Translations under genes and position numbers: made by a program
NCBI GenBank assembly: GCA_029260875.1
Contig: JAJDCL010000027.1
Span: forward strand, 7,354-71,353
DNA: 64,000 nucleotides
Origin: Candidatus Saccharimonadota bacterium
GTDB lineage: Bacteria > Patescibacteriota > Saccharimonadia > Saccharimonadales > OFTM59
Reading direction: 5' to 3'
Notes under the pieces: model-generated
What the model was told of the DNA's origin: nothing
The model's input: only the letters and a program-made list of their open reading frames with translations
Database searches by the model: none
In this document: positions 1-8,154 of the stretch, piece after piece
How the letters are laid out: each line of letters begins with the position of its first letter
How positions within the stretch are numbered: position 1 is the stretch's first letter

Positions 1-1164
1 AGCTTTTTTAGGGGCGGGCTTAGTTTTTGCATGGGTCATATCTAAATCAGCTCTGTGCTTATTCTTATCGTCAGCATCGCGCCGGAGTAAAGGCGTATCA
101 ACCGGTGGTAGGCTTAACGGATTTACGCTTCCAGCCGAGTCATCTGCCTGGCCACTTGCCGTCAAGGTTCCGCCCCTGGATGGTGGGTCCATTATAATTT
201 TTGGGGTATCTGGAACAGCAGTTTGGCTGTCTGGTTGTTTTGGTGGATTGTCTTGGGACTCGTACTGTGGTGGCGCGTCTTGACCAACACCTTGCCCACC
301 ATCGTTATCGGGATCCTTGTGGTCAATCTTAAGGGACCCGTCAGCACCAGAGTCATCATCGGGTGATTCGTCTGTCGTTTGCGTGCTACTTTCAGGACGT
401 GCTTCTGGCAGCATGTTGTCGGAGCTCTCCTGGAGCTTGGTCGCAACAAGCTGTTGGTTGGCGCCAGACGCCATTAGCTTTGCGCTAAGACTCATGGTAG
501 CCGAGGTAGTTTTTTGATTGCTAAACCTATCCGTCTCCGCCACGATACCTGTCAACAAGGCAGTAGACATTTGTGCGTCAAGGACATCGTTCTTAAGTGC
601 AAGCCCAAGGTCTGCAAGCATTTCTGACAAGCTGCTTGCCTGCGGGTCCACCCAGCCGATCGTACCAAGATTGCCATTTGGCTTGGTGTTGATCGTAATG
701 ATAGTGGCATCATGCAAGATACGGCCATGGGCGCTAATAGCCTGGTCCAAATCCTGCTGTTCGTGCACTCCAAGCGCGACTATGACATCTACATTAAAAT
801 CACCGAGGCTAAATTCCAAATCATCATGGCTTAGTGATGTATGGTAGGGCGTAATAAAAATTCTAACTAGTTTGTCCTCAACCTTATATCGCAGCTTGTC
901 GGCTTTGGATCTATCTAAAGAGATAATGAAATCACGGAGTGAATCAGTATTTCTTTCAATCGTCTCTTCAGGGCGCAAAAACTCTATTGTAGAGGGTATA
1001 TCACCGCTGAACACAGCAGTCGCATGCTTGCCAAGTTTATTCAAAAGCAGTGTCAGCCCAATTGCGCCGGCCAATTGGTCAACAGACGGGTTAGTACTAA
1101 CCGTCACGAGCACATTACTAGCTTCCTTGAGGCGTTGGACTGCCGACGCTTTGGGATTTTCCAT
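1..1164 (-). CDS. DHH/DHHA1-family phosphoesterase-like protein (NrnA-like); C-terminus runs off the window
   Basis: Hand translation: the ATG at 1164-1162 opens a stop-free frame of 388 codons down to base 1. It is absent from the ORF track because no stop lies in the window. The protein starts MENPKASAVQRLKEASNVLVTVSTNPSVDQLAGAIG. VDVIVALGVH and LLTGIVAETDRFSN resemble DHH motif III and the GIxxDTxxF motif. The tail is acidic/Pro-rich low complexity. Confidence 0.6.
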   Translation of the reverse strand, partial: MENPKASAVQRLKEASNVLVTVSTNPSVDQLAGAIGLTLLLNKLGKHATAVFSGDIPSTIEFLRPEETIERNTDSLRDFIISLDRSKADKLRYKVEDKLVRIFITPYHTSLSHDDLEFSLGDFNVDVIVALGVHEQQDLDQAISAHGRILHDATIITINTKPNGNLGTIGWVDPQASSLSEMLADLGLALKNDVLDAQMSTALLTGIVAETDRFSNQKTTSATMSLSAKLMASGANQQLVATKLQESSDNMLPEARPESSTQTTDESPDDDSGADGSLKIDHKDPDNDGGQGVGQDAPPQYESQDNPPKQPDSQTAVPDTPKIIMDPPSRGGTLTASGQADDSAGSVNPLSLPPVDTPLLRRDADDKNKHRADLDMTHAKTKPAPKKA

Positions 1165-1298
1165 ATTTTTTGTTTTTTGCTTAACCTCTGGTAGAAGCTT
1201 ATCATAAAACATAACCTTTGTCTATGCTTTTCAGGCACATTTTGGTCAACCTTTACAAAAGAGGTGGTTCAGTGGTACATTCCTTAGGACAATTTCAT

Positions 1299-1316
1299 AT
1301 TTAACAATTCACATTT
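1299..1316. repeat. 18-nt AT-rich intergenic motif ATTTAACAATTCACATTT (copy 1)
   Basis: Exact reverse complement of 36949..36966. Near-identical to 30442..30459, and related to 32954..32969. Flanked by two direct copies of TTCACATTTTTCA (1308-1320 and 1334-1346). Confidence 0.8.
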
Positions 1317-1406
1317 TTCATCAATTTAGTGATTTCACATTTTTCAATGAAAGATTATTGTGAAGCATAAATTGCAAAATGCTGGATACCTCTAAAGGAG
1401 AGCCCA

Positions 1407-1769
1407 ATGCCCATTATCAAATCAGCAAAAAAACGTGTCCGTGTTGCCAAGAAAGCGACCGTACGAAACGTAAAAACTAAGCGTGGCCTAAAGGCTGCCC
1501 TAAAATCATTCCAATCCGCAGTTACAGGCGGCAAAAAGACCGCAGCAAGCGCCCACGACAAAGTCCAAAGCAACCTTGATAAAGCTGGCAAAAAAGGCAT
1601 TATGCACAAAAACAAAGTCGCCCGCAAAAAACGCCAATTGGCCGCTGCACTTAAAGCCGGAGGAGTAAAAAACACCGTCGGCACCAAGAAAACAGTTTCT
1701 AAGAAGCCGGTCGCGAAGAAAGTAACCGCCAAAAAGGGTACCGCCAAGAAGACCCCTCGTAAGAAGTAG
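1407..1769 (+). CDS. rpsT: 30S ribosomal protein S20
   Basis: MPIIKSAKKRVRVAKKATVRNVKTKRGLK is the canonical S20 N-terminus. An AAGGAG Shine-Dalgarno lies 6 nt upstream. The C-terminus has a Lys-rich extension. Confidence 0.95.
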   Translation: MPIIKSAKKRVRVAKKATVRNVKTKRGLKAALKSFQSAVTGGKKTAASAHDKVQSNLDKAGKKGIMHKNKVARKKRQLAAALKAGGVKNTVGTKKTVSKKPVAKKVTAKKGTAKKTPRKK

Positions 1770-1857
1770 TTTTATCCCCGATATTCACCGACAGGCGGGA
1801 ATATGTCCAAGTAGCTGCCATGCCCCAATTATTTGTAGTTGCACATTATCAAGTTAA

Positions 1858-1886
1858 TAAACAGGCAGACGACTCACCTGTTTTTG
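1858..1886 (+). terminator. Putative intrinsic terminator after rpsT
   Basis: Stem AAACAGG/CCTGTTT with an 11-nt loop, followed by a T-run (tttttg). It lies about 90 nt after the rpsT stop. Confidence 0.4.
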
Positions 1887-2025
1887 ATTATCGTAGTTTG
1901 ACGGGGCTAAACCAGGTTTTTAATTTTGGTGAGACCCTTAAAAGTGCCTAATGAAGCTCTCTATCTAGAGGGACAAGTATTGGCTGAGGTGTCTTAGCGT
2001 ATAGTTGATTATCGCCTCTTTAGCG

Positions 2026-2655
2026 CTAGCCAGTTGTAGACAACCCCCTGTGATATTCTTCTACGGCTCCAACTAATAGCTCCCTGAGATCCTCCGGTAC
2101 TGCGAGCTTATTTACAGCTTTGCGGTCTTGAATATGGCCGTAGGTTCCACCTACGCTTAAATCGCCTAGGTGGGGTTCAAGCAGGATGATTTCTGTAGTA
2201 CGGCTTACAGGTATGCCCCAAGGATACTGATCTGGAGCCTCAACATCACGTAAGGTTCTCTCAAATAAAAATTCCTCGATTCGTGCTGGGCTTCCTGTGG
2301 GTCGCCTGTTGTCCCGGACCCAGGTAGCTATTCGTAGTACAGAAAACGCACCGCTCGGGCGCTCGCCCTCGGCTTCGGCATATAACAATCCATCAATCTG
2401 CGGATCTAGGCCCATCAAGCCTCTAGTGTACCCAAGCGCACTAAATAAGTATCTTGGAGGTTCTTGCTGGCCACTACTAGAATTGCTAAGGAAACCAGTA
2501 GTATAGTTTAGCCCCCCAATTAACCGTGTAAACCCGGAGGTTGTCTCCCGAATTATATCAACTACTACTGCTAATTCTGGTCGCATTTCTGTGTCAGGTC
2601 CTATTCCTGGATAATACTCACAGCTGACTGCCATACACTCAGTGTCCAGACCCAT
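2026..2655 (-). CDS. Hypothetical protein (209 aa)
   Basis: Long ORF with no recognisable motif. Flanked by unusually long non-coding stretches (256 and 144 nt). Confidence 0.5.
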   Translation of the reverse strand: MGLDTECMAVSCEYYPGIGPDTEMRPELAVVVDIIRETTSGFTRLIGGLNYTTGFLSNSSSGQQEPPRYLFSALGYTRGLMGLDPQIDGLLYAEAEGERPSGAFSVLRIATWVRDNRRPTGSPARIEEFLFERTLRDVEAPDQYPWGIPVSRTTEIILLEPHLGDLSVGGTYGHIQDRKAVNKLAVPEDLRELLVGAVEEYHRGLSTTG

Positions 2656-2799
2656 ATGAAGCTCCTTGATTTATCTGATTAACCATCATATCCCTTCTGC
2701 TGCGTTTTGCAAGCACAAGGAGTTTGTGAGAACAATTAGTTGATCGTAAAACTTTTTTGGCAAGACACAGGTCTGTAGTCTACGGTTCAAAAACTAAAC

Positions 2800-3720
2800 T
2801 TATGAAGGAATTGCGAATAAGTAGTATCGCAGGGCGTCACCAACATCAATTGGAGCGCTTTTAGACTGTACGTCTAGCTGGCTAAGGTCGTGAATTAATT
2901 TTCTTAGTTTGGTCATGGTCAGATTTCTGGCAATTGGCTGGCTTTTTTGAATTACGAATGGGCTTAGACCGGCTTCTTTAGAGATTTCTTCTGCAGATTT
3001 ATTGCCTGCGGCTTTAATAGTTGCCAGCACGTGTAATTGCCAGGCCAGCATAGCGATAATCTGAATCGGCTCAACTTTTAGCGCTCGCTGTTCTTCGTAT
3101 AGCTGAATGGTCTTTATTTTATTGCCCGTAAAAGCGGCATCTAGCAGCTGGAAGATTGTGCTTTGAGGAGCAGTATCTGTTAGAAGGTCAATTGTTTGGC
3201 GTGTTATTTTTGGGTCGTATGTTAGAAGTTTATCAAGCTCATTGGCAAGTAGCTGCTCGTTTGGCCCTATGCGTTCTGTCAAATAATTTGCGTCAGCAGT
3301 ACTTAGCGAACCGCCACGATGCTTTGCCTGCTCACTCAGCCAGCGCGGCAGCTCACGCGGACCAAGTTCGTCAAAATTTTTGAATTCCGTTTTCTTTTTT
3401 AAAAACTTGTAGTAGCTGCTGCGCTTGTCCGGTTTGGGCTCAACAATTATTAAGTCCGTTGAATCAGAAATTGATTCAATAAGCTGTTCAACATTATCTG
3501 CGAACTGCTTTTGAGTACCAGGACGGCTCAGTACAACCATTTTCTTGCTCGAAAGAAATGGCTGGCTCTGAAGCGCCTCCGTTATTTGCGTATACTCAGC
3601 CTCCTCACCATCAATTTTTTCGACCGACATCTTCCCGTGTTTAGTCGTAAAATCTCCGGCAATTTGGTCAAGTTCCGTCTTTAGCGCGTGAAAATTCTGA
3701 CCAGACAAGGTAGTAATCAT
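2800..3720 (-). CDS. holA: DNA polymerase III subunit delta
   Basis: Delta-subunit length and pattern (MITTLSGQNF..., LLANELDKLLTY, LAWQLHVL). I place the start at ATG 3720, which forms an ATGA overlap with the mutM stop. The ORF-track start at 3750 lies inside mutM. Confidence 0.8.
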   Translation of the reverse strand: MITTLSGQNFHALKTELDQIAGDFTTKHGKMSVEKIDGEEAEYTQITEALQSQPFLSSKKMVVLSRPGTQKQFADNVEQLIESISDSTDLIIVEPKPDKRSSYYKFLKKKTEFKNFDELGPRELPRWLSEQAKHRGGSLSTADANYLTERIGPNEQLLANELDKLLTYDPKITRQTIDLLTDTAPQSTIFQLLDAAFTGNKIKTIQLYEEQRALKVEPIQIIAMLAWQLHVLATIKAAGNKSAEEISKEAGLSPFVIQKSQPIARNLTMTKLRKLIHDLSQLDVQSKSAPIDVGDALRYYLFAIPS

Positions 3721-4679
3721 GGCGTCGCGACCTTCTGGCAATTCGGGCATAAATGAGTACCTCGGCCCGCTACCCGGACTTTAATTAGTAGAGTACTGCA
3801 ACGAGCGCAAGGCTGGCCTTCTCTCCTAAAGACATTGGCAAAAGATAGGTAACTTCCTTTTTTGCCCTCGGCGTTGACGTAATTTTTGTCCGTACTGCCG
3901 CCTTTTTCAATGCTGAGTCGGAGTACCGCTAAAAGTGCATCATAAAGCTTATTCAATTTTTGATCTGATAATGTGCCTACAATTGTTGATGGATGAATCT
4001 TGGCACCCCACAACGATTCATCGGCGTAGATGTTACCCACCCCAGCAAGTACCGTTTGATCCAGTAATACTGCCTTAACACTAGACTTGGCACGACGCCT
4101 AATACGGTTACGAAATATGCTTTGTGTAAAGTCGGCTTCAAGCGGCTCGGGCCCCACTTTTTTCATAAAATCTATATTTGGCACTTCTATAGTTGGCATT
4201 AATCTAGCCCAGCCGAATTTGCGCTGATCATTAAAAAATAGTTTACTGGCATCTTTGAACTCAATTATAGCTCTGGTAGATTTGTCTGGCAGCTTACCGA
4301 TTAGCGAGTCGCTCGGGTGCCCTGCGCCAAAACGGACTTCTGTTTTGGTAGTTAGTAGATGACGGTTAGTAGATGGCGGGTCGTTTTGCGTTTTGCTTTT
4401 TACGGTTTGCGGTTTTGGCGCAGTTCCCTGCACAAAAACAAGCTGCCCAGTCATCTTCAAATGTATAACTAATGTATAAACGCTGTCTAGGTCTATCAAT
4501 AAAACCTTTGCCCTACGTCTGACATCGGTGATTTTGGCTCCAATCAAAAACTCATCCACGTCTTTTGGTGCATTGGGAAAACTTCTGGCATTATCAGAGC
4601 ATACACTCTGGACTTGCTTGCCTGGCAAAAACCCAGACAAGCCAATACGAATAGTTTCTACCTCAGGTAACTCCGGCAT
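3717..4679 (-). CDS. mutM: Formamidopyrimidine-DNA glycosylase
   Basis: N-terminal MPELPEVETIR (catalytic Pro2/Glu3) and a C-terminal zinc finger CARC-x16-CPNC. There is a ~40-aa insertion (QGTAPKPQTVKSKTQNDPPSTNRH...). Confidence 0.92.
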   Translation of the reverse strand: MPELPEVETIRIGLSGFLPGKQVQSVCSDNARSFPNAPKDVDEFLIGAKITDVRRRAKVLLIDLDSVYTLVIHLKMTGQLVFVQGTAPKPQTVKSKTQNDPPSTNRHLLTTKTEVRFGAGHPSDSLIGKLPDKSTRAIIEFKDASKLFFNDQRKFGWARLMPTIEVPNIDFMKKVGPEPLEADFTQSIFRNRIRRRAKSSVKAVLLDQTVLAGVGNIYADESLWGAKIHPSTIVGTLSDQKLNKLYDALLAVLRLSIEKGGSTDKNYVNAEGKKGSYLSFANVFRREGQPCARCSTLLIKVRVAGRGTHLCPNCQKVATP

Positions 4680-4703
4680 GTACCCTATTCTACACGAGTG
4701 TGA

Positions 4704-5063
4704 CTAAGCCCCGTCCATTGCACAGTGGCTTAATGTCATTGCCAGTCTATAAATGTCCGTCCCTTCTAATGGCTTGTGTTGAACTAGAATATGAGCTGCT
4801 GAGGCTTGCTCCCATTGCTCGCCTGGTGTATTCGCCTCCCCAGACTGCATAGCATGTAAAGCTGTAATGAGTAGTGCACTTTCTTCACCTGTGAATAAGG
4901 GTGTTACGCTGCCGTCCCAATCTCGCTCCTTGATGGCCTGGCATAGTCTTGCGGATAGTTGGCCGTCAGGATCACAGCAGCGGTTTACCGCGCGATAAGC
5001 AGTAATAATCTCGGAAGTTCGTGTTAATTTTAGTCGTCCTAGATCACGTGTTCCTTGTGTCAT
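4704..5063 (-). CDS. Hypothetical protein (119 aa)
   Basis: ORF only; no recognisable motif. Confidence 0.45.
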   Translation of the reverse strand: MTQGTRDLGRLKLTRTSEIITAYRAVNRCCDPDGQLSARLCQAIKERDWDGSVTPLFTGEESALLITALHAMQSGEANTPGEQWEQASAAHILVQHKPLEGTDIYRLAMTLSHCAMDGA

Positions 5064-5153
5064 TTCCTAGCTACCTATAATCCAATATAAACCTTACGCT
5101 TCGCAAATGTCAAAAATGTACGTTACTGCTTTTTTGCGCATGCCTTGTAGAAT

Positions 5154-5402
5154 ATGGTTATGGCAGATAGTTTGGCAGATATTTTAGGCAAGCAGCGCTA
5201 TGACGCACCTGATGAAATCGGCATTATAAAAACGTTTGTTGAAAAACGGTTTCAGCACACACCTAATGTGGCAGTTAAGCAGTCACAAATTATTATAGTA
5301 GTGCCGAATTCCGCCCTGGCTGGCAGCTTGCGCATGTATTTGCATGAGCTCAAGACATTATGTAAAACCGATAAGCGCCTAGTTATACGGATCGGCCATT
5401 AA
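5154..5402 (+). CDS. DUF721/DciA-like small protein
   Basis: HTPNVAVKQSQIIIVVPNSALAGSLRMYLHELKTL...RLVIRIG fits the DUF721 pattern (strand, 'wa.eL', terminal 'i.i.vG'). Confidence 0.5.
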   Translation: MVMADSLADILGKQRYDAPDEIGIIKTFVEKRFQHTPNVAVKQSQIIIVVPNSALAGSLRMYLHELKTLCKTDKRLVIRIGH

Positions 5403-5420
5403 GTCATAGCGCTTAACACT

Positions 5421-5990
5421 TTAGGCAATGTATAAAAGTGCTTTTATTTCTTGTTTGAGCTGCGAGAAATTTTTATATACTAGTGCTTTCATGCCTTCGC
5501 GTTCTGCGGCAATGGCATAGCGGTCAATATCATCAATATATAAACATTCCTCTAGTAAAACACCCAGTCGCTCGGCTGCTATGTGATAAATGCGTGGGTT
5601 TGGCTTCGTTATCCCCTCTTCAAAGGACAAAATATAGGCGTCGAATAGTTTTTGCTCCTCTGCTGTAAGAAACTGATCTCTTATCCAGTTGCTCGCCACA
5701 TTGCTCAGCAAACCTATCTTGTATTTGGGTTTCAGTGTACGGATATAGTCTAGCAGTGCTTTGTTTTTAGACTGCTCAGTGTCAATTAATTGGCTTATTT
5801 CTTCCTCGGATTGGCTGGTCAGCTCAGAAACAGAACTTAAAAATTCTTCTTTACTAATCATGCCGGCGCCGTATTGGTGATTGAAGCCACTTGCCTCAGC
5901 CTGCTGATCTAGTGGTAAAGCCATACGAAACTCGTGCCAACTATCGGTCGTAAACACACCGAAACAATCAAAAATAAGCGCCTTTATCAT
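5421..5990 (-). CDS. HAD-superfamily hydrolase (subfamily IA-like)
   Basis: MIKALIFDCFGVF (DxD-type motif I region), LLSN (motif II) and YIDDID (motif IV). Confidence 0.85.
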   Translation of the reverse strand: MIKALIFDCFGVFTTDSWHEFRMALPLDQQAEASGFNHQYGAGMISKEEFLSSVSELTSQSEEEISQLIDTEQSKNKALLDYIRTLKPKYKIGLLSNVASNWIRDQFLTAEEQKLFDAYILSFEEGITKPNPRIYHIAAERLGVLLEECLYIDDIDRYAIAAEREGMKALVYKNFSQLKQEIKALLYIA

Positions 5991-6023
5991 CTGCTTATGA
6001 TAACAAGTTCTGCGCTAAAGCGA

Positions 6024-6590
6024 TTAGCTGGAATATAGCTTAACGTCACGCACAAATTCTCGGTACTCAGGAATCTGCTTTTGGAATAACCTTTGTACGA
6101 GGCTGGCATTGCCAGCGAATGATCCGTATTTCTTGCCGCAGCTGGTTGACCATAGCCGAATAAGATCATCGCCAAATTCTTCTATCTGATATACGTAGCG
6201 CTGACCTAGAGGACAAACACCTTTTTCGTCTGTTGCCTGTGCTTCCTTTCGGTGGTTGTAGCCAGCGTTCTTCAGGGCATGTAGAAACTCGTCGTAAGCT
6301 GCTTGGGTGTTGGGAAACTCCTGTGTCTTGCTAACCGCCTTGTTATAACCATTAAGGACTTCAACCCGACGAATGTTGCGATCTACGCTTATTCGGATAG
6401 TGCGGTGCAGCTCTTCTGCGTTTATTTCGCCCTCAATCTCGTACACAGCCCTGGCGCCAGTGTCCGCGTAGTCTGTCAAGTTAATTTGCCGATGATTTGG
6501 TTGGGTTGGCGTATCCGGACCATCAAATATCAGCATGATCACAGCGATCACGAGCACAATGATACCGATTACTGCCAAAACTGCTTTCAT
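6024..6590 (-). CDS. Membrane-anchored hypothetical protein
   Basis: N-terminal TM helix (AVLAVIGIIVLVIAVIMLIF) followed by a soluble domain; no family recognised. Confidence 0.55.
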   Translation of the reverse strand: MKAVLAVIGIIVLVIAVIMLIFDGPDTPTQPNHRQINLTDYADTGARAVYEIEGEINAEELHRTIRISVDRNIRRVEVLNGYNKAVSKTQEFPNTQAAYDEFLHALKNAGYNHRKEAQATDEKGVCPLGQRYVYQIEEFGDDLIRLWSTSCGKKYGSFAGNASLVQRLFQKQIPEYREFVRDVKLYSS

Positions 6591-6627
6591 ATGCGTATTA
6601 TAGCATATTCATTAATATTTTCAAGCG

Positions 6628-7155
6628 CTACGCGTTGAGAATTGCGGTTTGCACATCGCCCTCAGGCAAATCTTTAATCCATTCTGATATAAAAGTTTTA
6701 AGATTCTTCTGAGTTGTGGTGTCTTTTGCTCTATGAGCCATTTCATACATTTTAATCCTTATCATTTCCAGATTAGACTTTGTAAGCTGGTTAATATAGA
6801 ATTTGTAATGCGAGGGTTCAATATAGTCGGCAATTTTAGCAACAACCACCTCATCGGTGGAGCGATCACTCATTTCTTGGTGAAGTTCTAAAAAATTTTT
6901 GCCGTCATCATGAAATAATTTTGCCAAAAATTCTCTATTTTCCTCCTCAAACTTTTTGGCAAGTGTACGTGCCTTTGGGTTAGCTGTTGCGTAATGCATA
7001 GATATATCGCCACCTAGCAGCTCCCCAAGATCGTGTACTAGACAGTACTTAAGCACCTTGCCGATATCTAACTTGCTCCCTCGTTTGTTCAGCCATTCGG
7101 CTAGCTGCCACGCCATAAACGTCACCAAATAGTGATGTTCGGCTAGATTACTCAA
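6628..7155 (-). CDS. HD-domain phosphohydrolase (YfbR-like 5'-nucleotidase family); N-terminus possibly degraded
   Basis: AEHH...CLVHDLGELLGGD matches the H...HD...D metal-site pattern. The ORF starts at a TTG immediately after an in-frame TAG; see the finding on 7156-7248. Confidence 0.7.
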   Translation of the reverse strand: MSNLAEHHYLVTFMAWQLAEWLNKRGSKLDIGKVLKYCLVHDLGELLGGDISMHYATANPKARTLAKKFEEENREFLAKLFHDDGKNFLELHQEMSDRSTDEVVVAKIADYIEPSHYKFYINQLTKSNLEMIRIKMYEMAHRAKDTTTQKNLKTFISEWIKDLPEGDVQTAILNA

Positions 7156-7265
7156 CTATGCCTGAGACACGCCCGAGACCGCATACCCTGTTTACGGCAT
7201 AGATCAGGTTAGCTCCACTGTTTTAAACAAATCAGTAAGTTTTTTCATTTATCCAGTATTATAAC

Positions 7266-7571
7266 TTATTGCACGCTTTCCAGATATATCCGCTTTTTGA
7301 AGCGGCCGTTTTTGTCAGCTTTTGTACGGCGTATATCTTCTAATTCACCTGCGTCTGCACCAAGAGCTTCGCGGAGCGCAATCATCACTTCTTTAATGTC
7401 AGCAAGCTCCTCAACCGAAGGGTCCTGGGAAAATTCATCAACCTCTTCCCTTAGCTTCTTCACCAGTTCTTTAAAATACTCCTTGTCATCTAGTATCCGA
7501 GTAACAGGCTCCATGCCTTTAGCTCTAATAATCTCCGGAATCTTATCCCTAACTAGCTTCTTATAGCTCAT
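7266..7571 (-). CDS. MazG-like nucleoside triphosphate pyrophosphohydrolase (small all-alpha NTP-PPase)
   Basis: KLVRDKIPEII...EEVDEF...EELADIKEVM fits the EExxE/D helix pattern of the MazG/PRA-PH-like family. Confidence 0.75.
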   Translation of the reverse strand: MSYKKLVRDKIPEIIRAKGMEPVTRILDDKEYFKELVKKLREEVDEFSQDPSVEELADIKEVMIALREALGADAGELEDIRRTKADKNGRFKKRIYLESVQ

Positions 7572-8152
7572 AAGTTATTCTTACTACTATCTAAAATGAG
7601 TTTTAGTTCAGCTTTGCACTTCTCTAGGCTCTTGTAAAGAACACCTTTCATGCCGACAAACCACGCACCTTCAACATATTCTTGCCTATCATCTATAAAT
7701 ATACACTCGTCTATGCGTACTCCTAATTTGTCAGCCGTGATTTCATACGCTCTTGCTTCAGGCTTAGCAAACCCAATTTCACCGGATACAATAATTTGTT
7801 CGAAGTATTTTTCTAAAAACCCCGGTTCAAAAAATCTTTGCAATCCCCTCTTCCCAATATTAGACAGCATGGCAATTTTATAGCTTTTGCCTAGTTCTTG
7901 TATATATCTCAGTAGCCTTTTGTCTATACTGCCGTGACGGTTCATAGCTTCAGCCCATTGACTTTCGGTAATGCCTAAATGCGCCGCGATTATGGGCCGT
8001 GAGCTTGCAATCCTACCACTGTTTGATTCTTGCAATGTTCTTCTAATAAAATCACGGTCCTTATCTGGGTCTCCACCCATTGACTTGTACACATCGTCAA
8101 ATGAGTCTGTTCGTACTACGCCAAAACAGTCAAAAATAATTGCTTTGATCAC
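7568..8152 (-). CDS. HAD-superfamily hydrolase (paralog of 5421..5990)
   Basis: Begins (V)IKAIIFDCFGVV when started at GTG 8152, 2 nt after the polA stop. The ORF-track N-terminal Arg/His-rich 42 aa overlaps polA and is rejected. LSN and FIDD motifs are present. ATGA overlap with the downstream MazG-like gene. Confidence 0.8.
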   Translation of the reverse strand: MIKAIIFDCFGVVRTDSFDDVYKSMGGDPDKDRDFIRRTLQESNSGRIASSRPIIAAHLGITESQWAEAMNRHGSIDKRLLRYIQELGKSYKIAMLSNIGKRGLQRFFEPGFLEKYFEQIIVSGEIGFAKPEARAYEITADKLGVRIDECIFIDDRQEYVEGAWFVGMKGVLYKSLEKCKAELKLILDSSKNNL

Positions 8153-8154
8153 TA

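Noticed and set aside
1291-1346. DnaA-box cluster or oriC, suggested by the TTCACA/TTTCACA repeats
   Set aside because: The matches to TTATCCACA are only 5-6 of 9. The same motifs occur at four or more unrelated intergenic loci. No dnaA or dnaN gene is nearby.
1355-1747. 130-aa minus-strand ORF
   Set aside because: It mirrors rpsT. The Lys-rich codons of S20 read as Phe/Leu-rich nonsense on the opposite strand.
3721-3750. holA ORF appears to begin MPELPEGRD, mimicking the Fpg N-terminus MPELPEVE
   Set aside because: These 10 codons lie inside the 3' end of mutM in another frame. The resemblance is coincidental, and the real holA start is ATG 3720 (ATGA overlap with the mutM stop).
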